From the NCBI GenBank assembly GCA_963812155.1, contig CAWETW010000003.1, positions 192,001 through 256,000 on the forward strand: a stretch of DNA of 64,000 nucleotides. Reading direction: 5' to 3'. Under the pieces are notes generated by a model. The model had not been told where the DNA came from. It was given only the letters and a program-made list of their open reading frames with translations, and did no database searches. The DNA comes from Vulcanimicrobiota bacterium (GTDB lineage Bacteria > Vulcanimicrobiota > Vulcanimicrobiia > Vulcanimicrobiales > Vulcanimicrobiaceae). Shown here piece by piece: positions 61,910-64,000 of the stretch. Positions within the stretch are counted from its first letter, which is position 1; each line of letters starts with the position of its first letter. The translations under genes were made by a program, and so were the position numbers.

Positions 61910-63445
61910 TTAGCCGCTAAACCACCCGGTCGGCTGCACGTCGAGGTTGACGTTGATTTGCTTCACTTCGGTGTACGCGTCGTAGCCGTACGTCCCGAGT
62001 TCGCGGCCGATGCCCGACTGTTTGTAGCCGCCCCACGGCGCTTCGTTGTAGGTCGGATGATACGTGTTGATCCACGTGATGCCGGCGCGCAGCTTTCGGA
62101 TGACGCGGTGCGCCTTGGCGACGTCGTGCGTGAAGACCGCGCCGGCCAGGCCGTAGACGGTGTCGTTGGCCATGCGAACGGCGTCGGCTTCGTCGTCGAA
62201 CGTTTGCACGACCAGCACCGGGCCGAAGATCTCTTCGCGCACGATGCGCATCTCGGGCGTCGTGTGGTCGAAGATCGTCGGTTCGATGAAGTTGCCGCCC
62301 GCAAGTGCGCCGCCGAGACGCCGGCCGCCGCAAAGCAGTTCGGCGCCCTCTTCGCGTCCGGTTTGATGTAGGCTTCGACACGTTCGCGATGCGCCGGCGA
62401 AATGATCGGCCCCATCTCGGTATTGGGATCGAAACCGTCGCCGACGCGAATCTTCTGCGCCCGCTCGACGAGGCGCTCGACAAAACGGTCGTGCAGCGAT
62501 TTTTCGAGCAGCAGTCGCGAACCCGCCGAGCAGACTTGCCCGGCGTTCGCGTAGATGCCGAAGAGCGCGTAGTCGACCGCGGTCTCGAAATCCGCATCGG
62601 CGAAGACGATGTTCGGCGACTTTCCGCCGAGTTCGAGCGAGATTTTCTTGAGATTTCCGGTCGCGGCTTGCATGATGCTGCGCCCGGTCTTGGTGCCGCC
62701 GGTGAACGCGATCTTATCGACTTGCAGGCTCGCCGCAATCGCGTGCCCGACGGCCGTCCCCGAACCGAGCACGATGTTGACGACGCCGGCCGGAAATTCG
62801 AGCTCTTCGAAGATCGTCGCCAGGCGAAGCACCGAGAGCGGCGTCAGTTCGGCGGGCTTGAGCACGCAGACGTTGCCGGCCGCCAGCGCGGGTGCCAGTT
62901 TCCACACGGCCATCAGCAGCGGATAGTTCCACGGGATGATCTGTCCGCAGACGCCGATCGGTTCGCGGACGGTAAAGGTCTGCGACGGCGCGGGCACGTC
63001 GAAGGTTTGGCCGTGCGGTTTCGTGGCGAGACCGGCGTAGTAACGGAAGCAGTTGGCCGCATCGATCGCATCGTACTCGGACTCGCGCAGCGGCTTGCCG
63101 TTGTTGAGCGTGTCGATGCGCACGAACTCGTCGCGTGGGCGTCGATGGCGTCGGCGACCTTCAGCAGCAGCGCGGCGCGATCGAGCGCGTTGGTGGATGC
63201 CCACGGCCCTTCGTCGAACGCCTGGCGCGCGGCGCGAATCGCCCGCTCGGCGTCTTCTTGCGCGCCTTCGGCGACGGTTGCGATGCGTTCGCCGTTCGAC
63301 GGATTGATCAGGTCGCGCGTCGCCGCCGGATTGCGCGAGACGCCATCCGCCGTCGACGTACATCGGAATCGACGCCGCCGATGTGCGGCAGGTTGCGTAG
63401 GATCGCTTCGGCATCGGCCGAGGGACGCGCGGGCGTCGTTTGCAT
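61910..63445 (-). CDS. Aldehyde dehydrogenase (aminoaldehyde/betaine aldehyde type; several frameshifts)
   Basis: IIPWNYP, FTGGT, LELGGKSP, NAGQVCSAG, EEIFGPV, GGYKQSG spread over several frames. Confidence 0.88.
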
Positions 63446-63447
63446 CG

Positions 63448-64000
63448 TCATACTCCGGTTGCGGCTTTTTTCGAGGCGGATCTCGATCGAGGCTTTCGGC
63501 GGCGGCGGCGCAGACGTAATCGGCTTGCTCTTCCGTGATCGTCAGCGGCGGCTCGACCCGGATCGTGCGCGCGTTGACGAGCGTTCCCGAGACCAGCACG
63601 CCGCGGTCGAGCATCCGTTTGCCGAACTCGAATCCCGTCGTATCGTCGCAGAATTCCAGCGCCATGAGCAGCCCCATTCCGCGCACGTCGACCACCGCGT
63701 CTTCGTGGCCGGCCGCTGCCCGGCGCAACCCCGCGAGCATCCGTTCGCCCATTACCGCCGCTCGCGCAGGCAAGCGGTCCTCGATCAGCACGTTGATCGT
63801 CGCGAGCGCGGCCGCGCAGGCCAGCGGATTGCCGCCGAACGTCGTCGTGTGCAGGAACGGGTTGTCGAAGAGCCGTGCGAAGATCGCGCGCCGGCCGACG
63901 ACCGCGCCGGCGGGCATCACGCCGCCGCCGAACGCCTTCGCCAAACACATGAGGTCGGGCGCGACGTCGTAGTGCTCGCAGCAGAACATCGTGCCGGTGC
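63448..64000 (-). CDS. patA: Putrescine aminotransferase-like class III aminotransferase (5'-truncated by window edge; frameshift near 63485)
   Basis: LFDNPFLHTTTFGGNPLACAAALATINVL and GTL.NA.TIR.EPPLT match E. coli PatA as I recall it. Confidence 0.8.
   Translation of the reverse strand, partial: HRHDVLLRALRRRARPHVFGEGVRRRRDARRRGRRPARDLRTALRQPVPAHDDVRRQSAGLRGRARDDQRADRGPLACASGGNGRTDARGVAPGSGRPRRRGGRRARNGAAHGAGILRRYDGIRVRQTDARPRRAGLGNARQRAHDPGRAAADDHGRASRLRLRRRRRKPRSRSASKKAATGV

Noticed and set aside
59554..61910. Shared CAGGG...CGTA promoter motif upstream of the four array genes
   Set aside because: CAGGG recurs but spacing to the downstream box varies from 13 to 22 nt, so it cannot be supported by eye

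Overview
High-GC bacterial chromosomal window. The many lipoprotein paralogs (phosphoesterases, beta-propellers, GxGT[IV]F-repeat protein) suggest a soil Eremiobacterota/Vulcanimicrobiota-like organism; this is inference only. Housekeeping genes (leuS, gyrA, trxA, selA, tsaE-tsaB-rimI-yqeK-rsfS, comEA, comEC) are interspersed with transporters, two amine/omega-amino-acid catabolic units, secreted hydrolases, a mobile mystery protein A/B pair and a CheB-CheR/STAS signalling locus. About a dozen genes, including essential leuS, carry small indels that most likely reflect assembly error. Most notable: (1) a tandem array of four divergent cysteine-rich lipoproteins at 58989-61773 that I cannot assign to a family, with pairwise Cys loss, plus an unannotated fifth fragment about 51 kb away at 7466-7654; (2) a ~200-nt structured RNA candidate bounded by a promoter and a terminator-like hairpin upstream of an OPT transporter; (3) an RHH + degenerate-PP2C + kinase-less CheBR + STAS module; (4) a probable non-AUG start for rsfS and an unannotated 48-aa membrane protein; (5) a REP-like palindrome family with one nested copy. 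No rRNA, tRNA, CRISPR array, integrase or transposase was recognised.
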